Positions 1 to 7,753 of a stretch of DNA of 20,000 nucleotides are shown here, piece by piece (position 1 is the stretch's first letter; each line of letters opens with the position of its first letter). Under the pieces are notes generated by a model. It searched no databases, was not told where the DNA came from, and saw nothing but the letters and a program-made list of their open reading frames with translations. The stretch lies in the IMG/VR virus record IMGVR_UViG_2788500352_000001. One strand, written 5' to 3'. The position numbers and the translations under genes are program-made. The stretch comes from an uncultured virus (IMG/VR IMGVR_UViG_2788500352_000001). Lineage: Duplodnaviria; Heunggongvirae; Uroviricota; Caudoviricetes.

Positions 1-224
1 GTGCTTTCAATGAGTTCCCAATCGATCTGAGGAAGAATCGCCCGACGGGAAACCTGCCGGCGCGTTGCCTCTTCGAGTTTGCAAGCAAGCGTGACGGACA
101 CACGACGTTCCGGGTGGTTGACGATGTTGTAAAAGTAGTTGAGTTTGATCCCGCACTTTTTGCAAATGGCCTTTTTCTCGACCGACGCAAGGGAGCGGAA
201 ATACTGCGATGCAGAGGGAAGCAT
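1..224 (-). CDS. Cro/YdaS-like HTH regulator (runs off the window edge)
   Basis: Manual translation from ATG 224: MLPSASQYFRSLASVEKKAICKKCGIKLNYFYNIVNHPERRVSVTLACKLEEATRRQVSRRAILPQIDWELIES. GGAG RBS upstream; divergent from the repressor; YdaS-like C-terminal LEEAT..VSR...P..DW pattern. Not in the ORF track. Confidence 0.8.
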   Translation of the reverse strand, partial: MLPSASQYFRSLASVEKKAICKKCGIKLNYFYNIVNHPERRVSVTLACKLEEATRRQVSRRAILPQIDWELIES

Positions 225-262
225 GAGAGCTACTCCGTTTTAGTTCAATTATGGGTACTGGA

Positions 263-292
263 ATACTACCCCATACATTCCCCAAAAGTCAA
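263..292 (-). promoter_or_regulatory. pR-like sigma70 promoter for cro
   Basis: Minus strand TTGACT (292-287), 18-bp spacer, TAGTAT (268-263). Confidence 0.55.
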
Positions 293-376
293 CCAATACG
301 GCGCAAAACTTTCCTAGACTTTGTGCGACAATCTAACCCATAATTTGACCTAGCCGGACTAAGAGGAGGACAAATA

Positions 377-1048
377 ATGGTTGATGATGAACTGACAGCT
401 CGTCGCCGGGTTAATCTGCGACGTATCGCCGATGAGTTAGGTGGAGCCGCTGCTGTTGCCAGAAAGACTCAAAAGAGCGTCCAACAAATAAGCAGTATGC
501 TCAACGGCACCAAGTCCTTTGGCTCAAAGATCGCTCGTGACATAGAACCTAAACTGGGGCTTCCCCTGCAAAGCCTGGATAAGGAAGCGCCAAATTTTGT
601 AGTTGCAGCGGAAACGCCTGAAGCTACGGGGTACGTGCGCATTACAGCGCTTGAGGCGCGGAAAGAGTACAACCTGATGCGCATTCAGGAATTGAGCAAA
701 ATCAGGCTGATGGAGTGCAAAGAAGATTGGCTGTACGAACAAGCTCTTTCCACATCCAAGCCCAGTGCGCTAAAGCTATTCTCTGCGCCATCGGACAACA
801 TGGAGCCAGAAATTCTCCAAGGCGGATCAGTCGTCGTTGACATCTCGCAAAACACTTTCACCGCCAACGGCATATACGCCATGACGTATAAGGGTTCGGC
901 ATTCATATATCGGATACAGATGAACCCTGACGGATCAGTATATTTTTTGTCGGATAATCCAAAATATGAAAAGATGGTAGTGAAGGACACGTCCAACATC
1001 GTGATAGTTGGACGGTGTGTCGGCTGCTGTAACACGCACTCGCTCTAA
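377..1048 (+). CDS. cI: CI-like repressor (N-terminal HTH plus S24 peptidase domain)
   Basis: HTH-like N-terminus (AAAVARKTQKSVQQISSMLNG); S24-like C-terminus (SDNMEPEI..GGSVVVD, SDNPKY, IVGRCV); GAGGAGG RBS; divergent from cro. Confidence 0.88.
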   Translation: MVDDELTARRRVNLRRIADELGGAAAVARKTQKSVQQISSMLNGTKSFGSKIARDIEPKLGLPLQSLDKEAPNFVVAAETPEATGYVRITALEARKEYNLMRIQELSKIRLMECKEDWLYEQALSTSKPSALKLFSAPSDNMEPEILQGGSVVVDISQNTFTANGIYAMTYKGSAFIYRIQMNPDGSVYFLSDNPKYEKMVVKDTSNIVIVGRCVGCCNTHSL

Positions 1049-1074
1049 TAAAATTCCATTGTTCATCAAATCTC

Positions 1075-1099
1075 AAGCCCGCGCACTGCGGGCTTTTTT
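1075..1099 (+). terminator. Rho-independent terminator after cI
   Basis: AAGCCCGC-GCACT-GCGGGCTT followed by a T run. Confidence 0.85.
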
Positions 1100-1166
1100 G
1101 TTGCCTTTTTGACTCCTATCAAAAACCGGTCACCTAACCAGAATACCCTGAAGTCATCTTTTATAG

Positions 1167-1230
1167 TTGACAAGCAGGTTAGTGATGTGGTTTAATTTCG
1201 GGTACGCAGATGAGTAATTCGGACTCATCT
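1167..1230 (+). promoter_or_regulatory. pL-like promoter with leader hairpin or operator
   Basis: TTGACA (1167-1172), 18-bp spacer, TTTAAT (1191-1196) with extended -10 TG; inverted repeat AGATGAGT-N7-ACTCATCT at 1208-1230. Confidence 0.65.
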
Positions 1231-1256
1231 AAACAAAACCACCAGGAGGCAACGAA

Positions 1257-1463
1257 ATGACACAGACGACCATTGTTTTGAACCCCAAGCGGACTGAGTA
1301 CTCGGCTGAGAAGGCTGCAAAGAGGGCAATGACGGTCGCCCAGATGATCGAGGCGCTGAGGCAGTTCCCTGCGGACGCCCGCATCGTGGTGTCGGATTAC
1401 GCCGAATACATGTACGCGCCGGTGACGCTCTCCGATCTGCATGAGCACGTTGAGGAGGAGTAA
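1257..1463 (+). CDS. Early phage hypothetical protein (68 aa)
   Basis: AGGAGG RBS; first ORF after the promoter; MTVAQMIEALRQFPADARIVV pattern typical of small phage proteins. Confidence 0.75.
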   Translation: MTQTTIVLNPKRTEYSAEKAAKRAMTVAQMIEALRQFPADARIVVSDYAEYMYAPVTLSDLHEHVEEE

Positions 1464-1467
1464 CGCC

Positions 1468-1605
1468 ATGACATTGGACTTCGTCTTTCGCATGGGTGAG
1501 TTGGCCGACATTGAAGAAGACCGCTTTTGGTCCCAGGCAAACGTGGTGATCGTCATCGCGGCCGTCACGGGTCTTGTGACGCTTTTGAAGTGGGTGCTGG
1601 CATGA
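1468..1605 (+). CDS. Small membrane peptide (45 aa)
   Basis: GGAG RBS; MTLDFVFRMGELADIEEDRFWSQANVVIVIAAVTGLVTLLKWVLA; ATGA overlap with the next ORF. Confidence 0.6.
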   Translation: MTLDFVFRMGELADIEEDRFWSQANVVIVIAAVTGLVTLLKWVLA

Positions 1606-1685
1606 AGCAGTTCATCGAAAACGTCCTGGCAGCCGCGGCACTCATCCTCACGATGCTCGTGCTGCTATCTCTGCCAGGCTACTAG
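1602..1685 (+). CDS. Small hydrophobic peptide (27 aa)
   Basis: MKQFIENVLAAAALILTMLVLLSLPGY; ATGA coupling to the previous ORF. Confidence 0.5.
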   Translation: MKQFIENVLAAAALILTMLVLLSLPGY

Positions 1686-1687
1686 AA

Positions 1688-1750
1688 ACGAGAAGGGGGG
1701 GGGGTGGCGCCCTGCCTTACGAGAAGGTGGCGCCCTGCCTTAACGGAGAA
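1688..1750. repeat. Tandem direct repeat (~23-bp unit) with a G10 tract
   Basis: GGTGGCGCCCTGCCTTA at 1703-1719 and 1726-1742, each preceded by ACGAGAA; G10 at 1695-1704. Confidence 0.8.
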
Positions 1751-1754
1751 AGAA

Positions 1755-1994
1755 ATGATTGATCTCAGCAAACACAACGAAGATTTGATCCGAGACGCCA
1801 ACACCTGGAAGCCGCTCAACGTCTACCCGCTTGAGCGCGTGATGGTGTTCGAGAGCGGCAGCCAAAGCTACTTCGTCTACACCGAGCTGCATACCGTTTC
1901 AGTGAGCGACGCAAGCCGCAGAGAAGTATCGAACTCCTACGCCTTAACAGAAGACGAGTTCTCCCGCCTGATGGGCGAACTCAACCTCGACTAG
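1755..1994 (+). CDS. Phage hypothetical protein (79 aa)
   Basis: ATG at 1755 with GGAG RBS, in frame with track ORF 1704..1994. Confidence 0.7.
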   Translation: MIDLSKHNEDLIRDANTWKPLNVYPLERVMVFESGSQSYFVYTELHTVSVSDASRREVSNSYALTEDEFSRLMGELNLD

Positions 1995-2002
1995 GAGGCT
2001 AC

Positions 2003-2158
2003 ATGAACGAAGACGACAAGGACCTCGACGCCGAAGAGCTCGAGGACGAAGAAGAGGAAGAAGAGCCGGAAGAGGACGATGGCGACGATGGCTTTGAAGA
2101 TGACGGCTGGATCAATGCCGGCGACTTCTACCACTGGGACCCGTTTAAAGGACAGTAG
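2003..2158 (+). CDS. Very acidic small protein (51 aa), possible DNA mimic
   Basis: AGGAGG RBS; MNEDDKDLDAEELEDEEEEEEPEEDDGDDGFEDDGWINAGDFYHWDPFKGQ; stop 3 nt before the YqaJ start. Confidence 0.7.
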   Translation: MNEDDKDLDAEELEDEEEEEEPEEDDGDDGFEDDGWINAGDFYHWDPFKGQ

Positions 2159-2161
2159 AAA

Positions 2162-3076
2162 ATGACAGCAGTACAGATCTCTCACGAACAATGGCTCAAA
2201 GCCCGACAGACCGGAATCGGCGGTAGCGATGTCGCCCCGATTCTTGGTATTTCCAAATGGACAACGCCGCTGGACGTATACAACGAGAAGGTAGCCGACA
2301 CCCCAACGGAAAAAGACAGCGATTCCATGGAATGGGGGCGCCGCCTGGAACCGGTTATCCGCCAGGCTTACGCGGATAAGACGGGACGCGTCGTGGCCGT
2401 GCCGGAAAAACAGTTCCGCAGCGACGCTCATCCCTTCATGATTGCCAATGTAGACGGTGTTTGCGAAGACCGTCTGTTGGAAATCAAGACCGCACGAACC
2501 GGCGCAGACTGGGGAGAAGAAGGCACGAACGAAATCCCAGACTATTACCTGACGCAGGTCATGCACTACATGATCGTCACAGGATACCGGCTTTGCGACG
2601 TGGCAGTGCTCATCGGCGCTTCCGACTTTCGCATTTACACAGTCGAGTACGACGACGAACTTGCTCAGATGTTGATCGAAGCCGAAGCAAAGTTCTGGAA
2701 GATGGTCGAGAACCGGACGCCCCCGGCTCCTCGTTCGCTTGCAGAAACGAAGGCCGCCTTCCCCTCCTCCGTTCCTTCGAGCATTGAGGCCGACAACAAG
2801 ATAGCCGAGACCATGACCGAACTCGCCAAGGTACGAAACGAAATCAAACAGCTGAAGGACACGGACGACAAATTGACTGCTGTCGTTCAGGCCTTCATGG
2901 GCGAAAGCGAAAAGCTGACTTTCGGAGGCTCAACCCTTGCCACCTGGAAAAGCAGCAAACCAGTAGCCCGACTTGATTCGGCTGCGCTCAAAAAAGCCAT
3001 GCCGGACATCTACGACCAATACACGAAACAAAGCGCGCCGACCCGCCGCTTCATCGTAAAAATTACTGAGGAGTAA
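2162..3076 (+). CDS. YqaJ-like viral recombinase / lambda-exonuclease family nuclease
   Basis: WLKARQTGIGGSD, MEWGRRLEP, ANVDG, LEIKT and YYLTQVMHYM motifs. Confidence 0.92.
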   Translation: MTAVQISHEQWLKARQTGIGGSDVAPILGISKWTTPLDVYNEKVADTPTEKDSDSMEWGRRLEPVIRQAYADKTGRVVAVPEKQFRSDAHPFMIANVDGVCEDRLLEIKTARTGADWGEEGTNEIPDYYLTQVMHYMIVTGYRLCDVAVLIGASDFRIYTVEYDDELAQMLIEAEAKFWKMVENRTPPAPRSLAETKAAFPSSVPSSIEADNKIAETMTELAKVRNEIKQLKDTDDKLTAVVQAFMGESEKLTFGGSTLATWKSSKPVARLDSAALKKAMPDIYDQYTKQSAPTRRFIVKITEE

Positions 3077-3082
3077 ATCATC

Positions 3083-4060
3083 ATGGCAACAGAAATCACC
3101 GTAAACCCCTTCGCCACCCCCGCCCCTGTCGCCAGCCGCGGATCCGCCCCGGCTACAGCAGCCGTTGAAAGTTCTCGCGCCGTGGCTGAAGTGCAGGCCG
3201 CTTTGGCTATCGCCCGCATGAATCCGCGAGATCAACGCGCCGCGATGGACCGAATCTTGAACGCCTGCACGCGGCAAACACTCGCTCAGGCCGCCGTTTA
3301 TTCCTACGCTCGTGGAGGAAGCGAAGTTACAGGTCCGTCGATTCGCCTCGCCGAAGCCGTCGCACAGCAGTGGGGCAATATGCAGTTTGGCATTCGTGAA
3401 CTTTCAAACGCCGGGGGAAAGTCTGAAGTTCAGGCTTTCGCCTGGGACGTAGAAACAAACACCCGCCGCGAAGTGACGTTCTCTGTTCCTCACATTCGTC
3501 ACACGAAGAGAGGCTCCTACAAGCTCGAAGACCCGCGCGACATCTATGAGCTTATTGCCAATCAGGGTAGCCGCCGCCTTCGCGCCTGCATTTTGGCCGT
3601 GATCCCCGGGGACGTGATTGAGGCGGCTGTGTCGCAGTGCCAGATAACGCTTCGCGCCAACGTAGACGTAACGCCGGAAGGCATCAAGAAACTCATTGAT
3701 GCTTTCTCTCAGTTCGGCGTCACCAAAGCGCAGATCGAGAAGTTCTGCCAGTGCCACGTAGAAGCCATCCGACCGGCTCAAATCGTACGGCTTCGAACGA
3801 TCTACACCAGCTTGAAGGACGGCATGGCCGAGCCTGCGGACTTCTTCGAACCGGAGTCCGCCCCTGCCGCTCCTGCCATTGAAAAGCCCGCCGAGAAACA
3901 GACGCTGAAAGAAAGACTCAAGGCGCAGAAAGTTGCTGAAACGACGGAGATTGCCGACGCTGATACGCCGGATGCCGGAGCGGAACCCGCACCGACGGCC
4001 GCGCCCAAAGAACCGCTCCCGGATCTCAATCCGAACGAGCCGGAAGTTCGGGAACCGTGA
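3083..4060 (+). CDS. Putative ssDNA-annealing/recombination protein partnering YqaJ
   Basis: Directly follows the exonuclease; globular N-terminal domain (YSYARGG..VTGPSIRLAE) with an acidic, Pro/Ala-rich tail. Function inferred from position. Confidence 0.6.
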   Translation: MATEITVNPFATPAPVASRGSAPATAAVESSRAVAEVQAALAIARMNPRDQRAAMDRILNACTRQTLAQAAVYSYARGGSEVTGPSIRLAEAVAQQWGNMQFGIRELSNAGGKSEVQAFAWDVETNTRREVTFSVPHIRHTKRGSYKLEDPRDIYELIANQGSRRLRACILAVIPGDVIEAAVSQCQITLRANVDVTPEGIKKLIDAFSQFGVTKAQIEKFCQCHVEAIRPAQIVRLRTIYTSLKDGMAEPADFFEPESAPAAPAIEKPAEKQTLKERLKAQKVAETTEIADADTPDAGAEPAPTAAPKEPLPDLNPNEPEVREP

Positions 4061-4116
4061 AAGATCACCCGTAACACACAACTTTCACTTAGGAAGCACA
4101 AACAGGAGTCCAAAAA

Positions 4117-4230
4117 ATGACCTTTGACGATAAGGCCCTGGCAGCCGGATCGGTGATCGCCGCGGTGTTCATTTTTCTTTGGCTTTGGCTCAGTCCGGGC
4201 GTTTTTCTGGGCTGGTTGATCTGGGGGTAA
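4117..4230 (+). CDS. Small membrane peptide (37 aa)
   Basis: AGGAG RBS; MTFDDKALAAGSVIAAVFIFLWLWLSPGVFLGWLIWG. Confidence 0.55.
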   Translation: MTFDDKALAAGSVIAAVFIFLWLWLSPGVFLGWLIWG

Positions 4231-4233
4231 GAG

Positions 4234-4503
4234 ATGGAAGCACAGGATTTAAAACGCCGCGTCCGGGAGCTGTATGAGCAGGTCTCCTTCAGCCAGGAGG
4301 AGACACGACGGCTTCAGATGATCGAGGACGCGATCACAAAGGGAGCAATCGAGAAGGCGTGCGTGCTCTCGATGATCCTCGCGACAAGCACGCACAAAAA
4401 GGCAAACGCCGCGGCCCGGCTGCGGGATACGCTGAGGAGAGCGAAAGATGGCCAAAAACAGCAAACCGCGCAAGAAGTATCGGCCGAAGCCCGTGAGGTT
4501 TAA
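4234..4503 (+). CDS. Phage hypothetical protein (89 aa, helical)
   Basis: In operon, 3 nt after the previous stop. Confidence 0.6.
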   Translation: MEAQDLKRRVRELYEQVSFSQEETRRLQMIEDAITKGAIEKACVLSMILATSTHKKANAAARLRDTLRRAKDGQKQQTAQEVSAEAREV

Positions 4504-5005
4504 CTGTTGGGAACGCTCAGACATCGAGCACCTGCAGGCCGTGTTTCAGGAATTTGAGCTTATCACTGAGTTCAAATTCCCGACCGGCGAAGCGAACATG
4601 GACGACATGTGCTGTGTCCGGGACGTGCTCAATCTCTGCACCCTCGGGATGGTGACACGGGACTGGCTAGATCGGGACGAGGTCAAGGACTGCACACCGA
4701 TCGTCAACGCGGCCGGAGACGCGATCAAACGATGCGCCGACCGCGCCTGCGACCGCAATCCGGACGCCCCGCGGTTTGTGTTCGCCGGAGACGAACTCAA
4801 GGCAGTCCGGGCAGGAGTCGCGATTGCCGGCCCCTTCATTCGGGACAGTCTGGACGAATCACCAACCCGCCTCATCCTGGAGTTCTACGCGATGCGGCAT
4901 CTGACAAGGGGAAAGGACGGGCGATACGCCTACACGGACGAACAACTGAAAAGAGCAATTGAACAAGAGAACGACAACATTGACTGGAGCCACCGCCATG
5001 GATAA
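4448..5005 (+). CDS. Phage hypothetical protein (185 aa)
   Basis: GAGGAG RBS; basic N-terminus KPRKKYRPKPV; in operon. Confidence 0.7.
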   Translation: MAKNSKPRKKYRPKPVRFNCWERSDIEHLQAVFQEFELITEFKFPTGEANMDDMCCVRDVLNLCTLGMVTRDWLDRDEVKDCTPIVNAAGDAIKRCADRACDRNPDAPRFVFAGDELKAVRAGVAIAGPFIRDSLDESPTRLILEFYAMRHLTRGKDGRYAYTDEQLKRAIEQENDNIDWSHRHG

Positions 5006-5161
5006 CACAACACTTCTGATGGACCAGCGGCCGCAGCCGCCTTCAATGGCCAGTTCGACGATGAGTTCAGCTACGGCCGCGTGCGTTGAAGCCCTCGTTG
5101 GCGGTGTAGTGATGGAGCTTTTCGGCGGGGTGCCGCCGTGTGGATTGTTGGAGGAGTGAAG

Positions 5162-5374
5162 ATGCAGACCAAGTTGCTGACTATTAAGGAAGTCGCCAAG
5201 CGGCTCAATAAGTCTGTGAGCACGATCCGCAGTTGGATTCGCGGTTACTACGACAACGGCGACGGCCCGCGCCTGCGGGGGCGCGAATTTATTAAGCCGA
5301 TCCGAGTCGGCGGCACCCTGCAATTTAAAGAATCCGAGCTCGAACGCTGGATTGCCGAAGGAGCTCAACGTTGA
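5162..5374 (+). CDS. Excisionase / AlpA-HTH_17-like DNA-binding protein
   Basis: GGAGGAG RBS; KLLTIKEVAKRLNKSVSTIRSW...KPIRVGGTLQFKESELERWI. Confidence 0.85.
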   Translation: MQTKLLTIKEVAKRLNKSVSTIRSWIRGYYDNGDGPRLRGREFIKPIRVGGTLQFKESELERWIAEGAQR

Positions 5375-5400
5375 CAAACGCACAAGAATCCGCGCATAAT
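5371..5400 (+). promoter_or_regulatory. sigma70 promoter of the c4 / antirepressor-like operon
   Basis: TTGACA (5371-5376), 18-bp spacer, CATAAT (5395-5400). Confidence 0.75.
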
Positions 5401-5512
5401 GCCCGTGCCTCGTCTACCAAGAGGCACCGGATTGGCGCCCGGAAAGCGAAAGGTGTACAGCCGCCTTACTTCCGTATGAGCGGATTTTTTGTGCATAGCA
5501 GTCTCCCTTTAC

Positions 5513-5591
5513 GGGCGGACTGTATGGGGCATGCTTGCATGCGCCGGTACCCTTTTGCACCGGTACGCCAACCCGTACAGTCTGCCCACCA
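5513..5591 (+). ncRNA. c4: C4 antisense RNA-like (P1/P7 c4; P4 CI-type) cloverleaf
   Basis: 16-bp closing stem 5513-5528/5572-5587 (two G-U pairs) followed by ACCA. Internal hairpins at 5529-5542 and 5543-5564. Unpaired ACGCCAA and CCTTTTGC are complementary to targets upstream (TTGGCG 5432, GCGAAAGG 5446) and downstream (TTGGCGT 5595, GCAAAAGG 5623). Confidence 0.8.
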
Positions 5592-5640
5592 CGATTGGCG
5601 TCGTGAGGGCAGTTCTCAAACTGCAAAAGGAGGACACGCT

Positions 5641-5916
5641 ATGCAAGCGTTCCAAGGTGCTGCTCAAACGCAGCCGTCAACATTCAATCTCCCGTTCGCC
5701 ATCACGGCGCTCATCAAACACCAGCTGACCTCCGGCGAAGCCAAGGACTACGCGATTATGTCGTGTTCCGAAGCCAAGAACATCCTCATCGCCGTAGCCG
5801 ATTCGGCCGAAAGCGATAGCCAGATGCTTTCCACCGCAGGGCTTCTCAGCGTCATCAAATCCGCCGCTTCCATTTTGGAATGCGCAGAACTCCTCGTTAA
5901 TGAGACGGAGAAATGA
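5641..5916 (+). CDS. Small c4-controlled protein (91 aa, icd-like position)
   Basis: AGGAGG RBS overlapping the downstream c4 target; ATGA overlap with the Rha gene. The track's longer TTG start runs through the RNA element. Confidence 0.65.
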   Translation: MQAFQGAAQTQPSTFNLPFAITALIKHQLTSGEAKDYAIMSCSEAKNILIAVADSAESDSQMLSTAGLLSVIKSAASILECAELLVNETEK

Positions 5917-6470
5917 AAATGACTCATACCGCTATCGTTACCCCGCCCGTCGTCCAAGATCATGACGGGCGTCCCATGACCACGAGCTTCCAGGTTGCGA
6001 AGTACTTCAACAAACGTCACGACCACGTCCTCCGTGACATCGACAACCTGATTAAAAAGCGCCCCGATTTAGGTGTGTCCAATTTTGGGGAGTCTTTTGA
6101 AAACAAGGCTTTAGGTACTGTTCAGAACCACAAGGTTCGTTTTTATTACATGGATCAAAAAGGCTTTACTCTGCTCTCCATGGGCTTTACGGGCGACAGG
6201 GCTCTCGGCTTCAAAATCGCTTATATCGACCAATTCGAGGCTATGGCGAAAGCTATTGCCAACGCAAAGACGAACTACCTGCAAGACTACATCAACAAGC
6301 TGACGATGCTGGAGAACAAGAGAGAACGCTCGTCCGTTGCTGGGCAAGCCTTACATGAGTGGAAGACCGAAAAAGGACAACTGGAACTCGAAGTGAAGGA
6401 AGCGGAAAAGAAGGTGCAGCCGGAACTGCCGCTGCAGATCAGCGTTTCCATCGAAAATAAGGAGAAGTAA
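5913..6470 (+). CDS. Rha family phage regulator / antirepressor
   Basis: TTSFQVAKYFNKRHDHVLRDI and GFTLLSMGFTGDRALGFKIAYIDQFEAM, characteristic of the pRha family. Confidence 0.9.
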   Translation: MKMTHTAIVTPPVVQDHDGRPMTTSFQVAKYFNKRHDHVLRDIDNLIKKRPDLGVSNFGESFENKALGTVQNHKVRFYYMDQKGFTLLSMGFTGDRALGFKIAYIDQFEAMAKAIANAKTNYLQDYINKLTMLENKRERSSVAGQALHEWKTEKGQLELEVKEAEKKVQPELPLQISVSIENKEK

Positions 6471-6471
6471 A

Positions 6472-6705
6472 ATGAAACAGATCGACCTCACCCCTATCTA
6501 TAAGGCCGCCGCGAAGGTTATGGCAGAAAACGGTATCGAAGAAATCCGCCTCCGCCTTTTGAAGGATGATGACGGCCCGTCAGCCATCGACTTCGAGATC
6601 AACGGCGCGGGCTATATGTCCAACTTCGAGGAATATATCCCCACCATCAAGGCCGTTGAGTCCGACATGATGAAGTTGGTCATCAGCCGCCCTGACAACG
6701 CGTAA
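6472..6705 (+). CDS. Phage hypothetical protein (77 aa)
   Basis: AAGGAG RBS; last gene of the + strand operon. Confidence 0.7.
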   Translation: MKQIDLTPIYKAAAKVMAENGIEEIRLRLLKDDDGPSAIDFEINGAGYMSNFEEYIPTIKAVESDMMKLVISRPDNA

Positions 6706-6731
6706 CCATCTTCGCGGCGTCACGAAAATGG

Positions 6732-6766
6732 TCCCCGCCAACCGAAGGCTGACGGGGATTGTTTTT
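6732..6766 (+). terminator. Terminator between convergent genes
   Basis: TCCCCG...CGGGGA stem followed by TTGTTTTT. Confidence 0.55.
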
Positions 6767-7262
6767 ATATAAAATCAGTCATTTCATTGATTATATTATC
6801 ATGCGTATCAGGAATTAAACTAACCAATTCGCCAGTTATCGAATCTACGATATTGGTCGGAACATTTCTTTTCTTGGACACATATATATAAACAACACCG
6901 AGAAAGGCCTTAAATTTAAGAGTTTCCGCCAAAGACAATCGCATCAATCCTTGATTATCCAATAATATTTGTTTGAGTGCAAAAAGGAATAGAATTTGAG
7001 CCGCACCGGCAGTCCCATATTTCCTAGAAAAAATCACCATCCGCACCCTAATATCTCTATTTGTATATAGCGACCCCGTAGCTAATTTAGCTACATCATT
7101 CGCAATCTTAGCCGCTTCCTGATTAACACCAACAACGCTGACTATCCTTTCCACTTCTTTATTGATAGAAACCTGACGCGTAGCATTGTTGAAACAGAAG
7201 AGCGCGACGGCCAAAACAATGCCACCAATGACGATCCCGATAATCAGTCCTGAGCTCATCAT
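6765..7262 (-). CDS. Low-GC membrane-anchored accessory protein
   Basis: Likely start MMSSGLIIGIVIGGIVLAVALF (N-terminal TM), ATGA-coupled to the upstream gene; visibly AT-rich. Confidence 0.7.
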   Translation of the reverse strand: MMSSGLIIGIVIGGIVLAVALFCFNNATRQVSINKEVERIVSVVGVNQEAAKIANDVAKLATGSLYTNRDIRVRMVIFSRKYGTAGAAQILFLFALKQILLDNQGLMRLSLAETLKFKAFLGVVYIYVSKKRNVPTNIVDSITGELVSLIPDTHDNIINEMTDFI

Positions 7263-7753
7263 TTTGCACTCCCTCGTTTGACAGCATTCATCACCGTGCA
7301 AAGCAATTGAAGCTCGCTTTCAATTACGGATTGAGGCATAGGATAAAGCCACTCATTTTGGGAAAATTGCTCTGTCACATCGCCCTCTGCAAAATAATCA
7401 CTAAAGCCGATATTGTTTAGCTTTTTTATTCTCCACCCTTTGCAATCAATTTCATTTAAACTTGCTAATGATTTTGTTTGCGGTTGCCCTTTTACACTCG
7501 CGCCTTTTGCGTAGCTAATAATCGACCAGATTTTATTTTCATCATGAACGGGGCCGACAAAAAGAAAAGCGTTTAAATTTTTCAAAAACGTACCGGGGCA
7601 AATTTCACCACGCATCTCCTTTTCAACTAACGAAGAACCTTTTTTCGGAACGGTCATTTTGAACCCGCCGACGACAATTTCTTCCGCCGAAAAAGAAGGC
7701 ACAGACATAGCAATACAAGCCACTCCCGCCAAACAGGCAATAACCCTTTTCAT
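7259..7753 (-). CDS. Secreted/periplasmic accessory protein, surface-adhesin-E-like
   Basis: Signal peptide MKRVIACLAGVACIAMSVPSFS-A; EIDCK...W..P..S......LC pattern; start overlaps the integrase stop. Confidence 0.6.
   Translation of the reverse strand: MKRVIACLAGVACIAMSVPSFSAEEIVVGGFKMTVPKKGSSLVEKEMRGEICPGTFLKNLNAFLFVGPVHDENKIWSIISYAKGASVKGQPQTKSLASLNEIDCKGWRIKKLNNIGFSDYFAEGDVTEQFSQNEWLYPMPQSVIESELQLLCTVMNAVKRGSAK

Noticed and set aside
5371..5640. N-terminal extension of the 181-aa track ORF
   Set aside because: Its TTG is the -35 box and the region is better explained as c4 RNA with targets. The strong RBS precedes ATG 5641. An Ash-like reading cannot be fully excluded.
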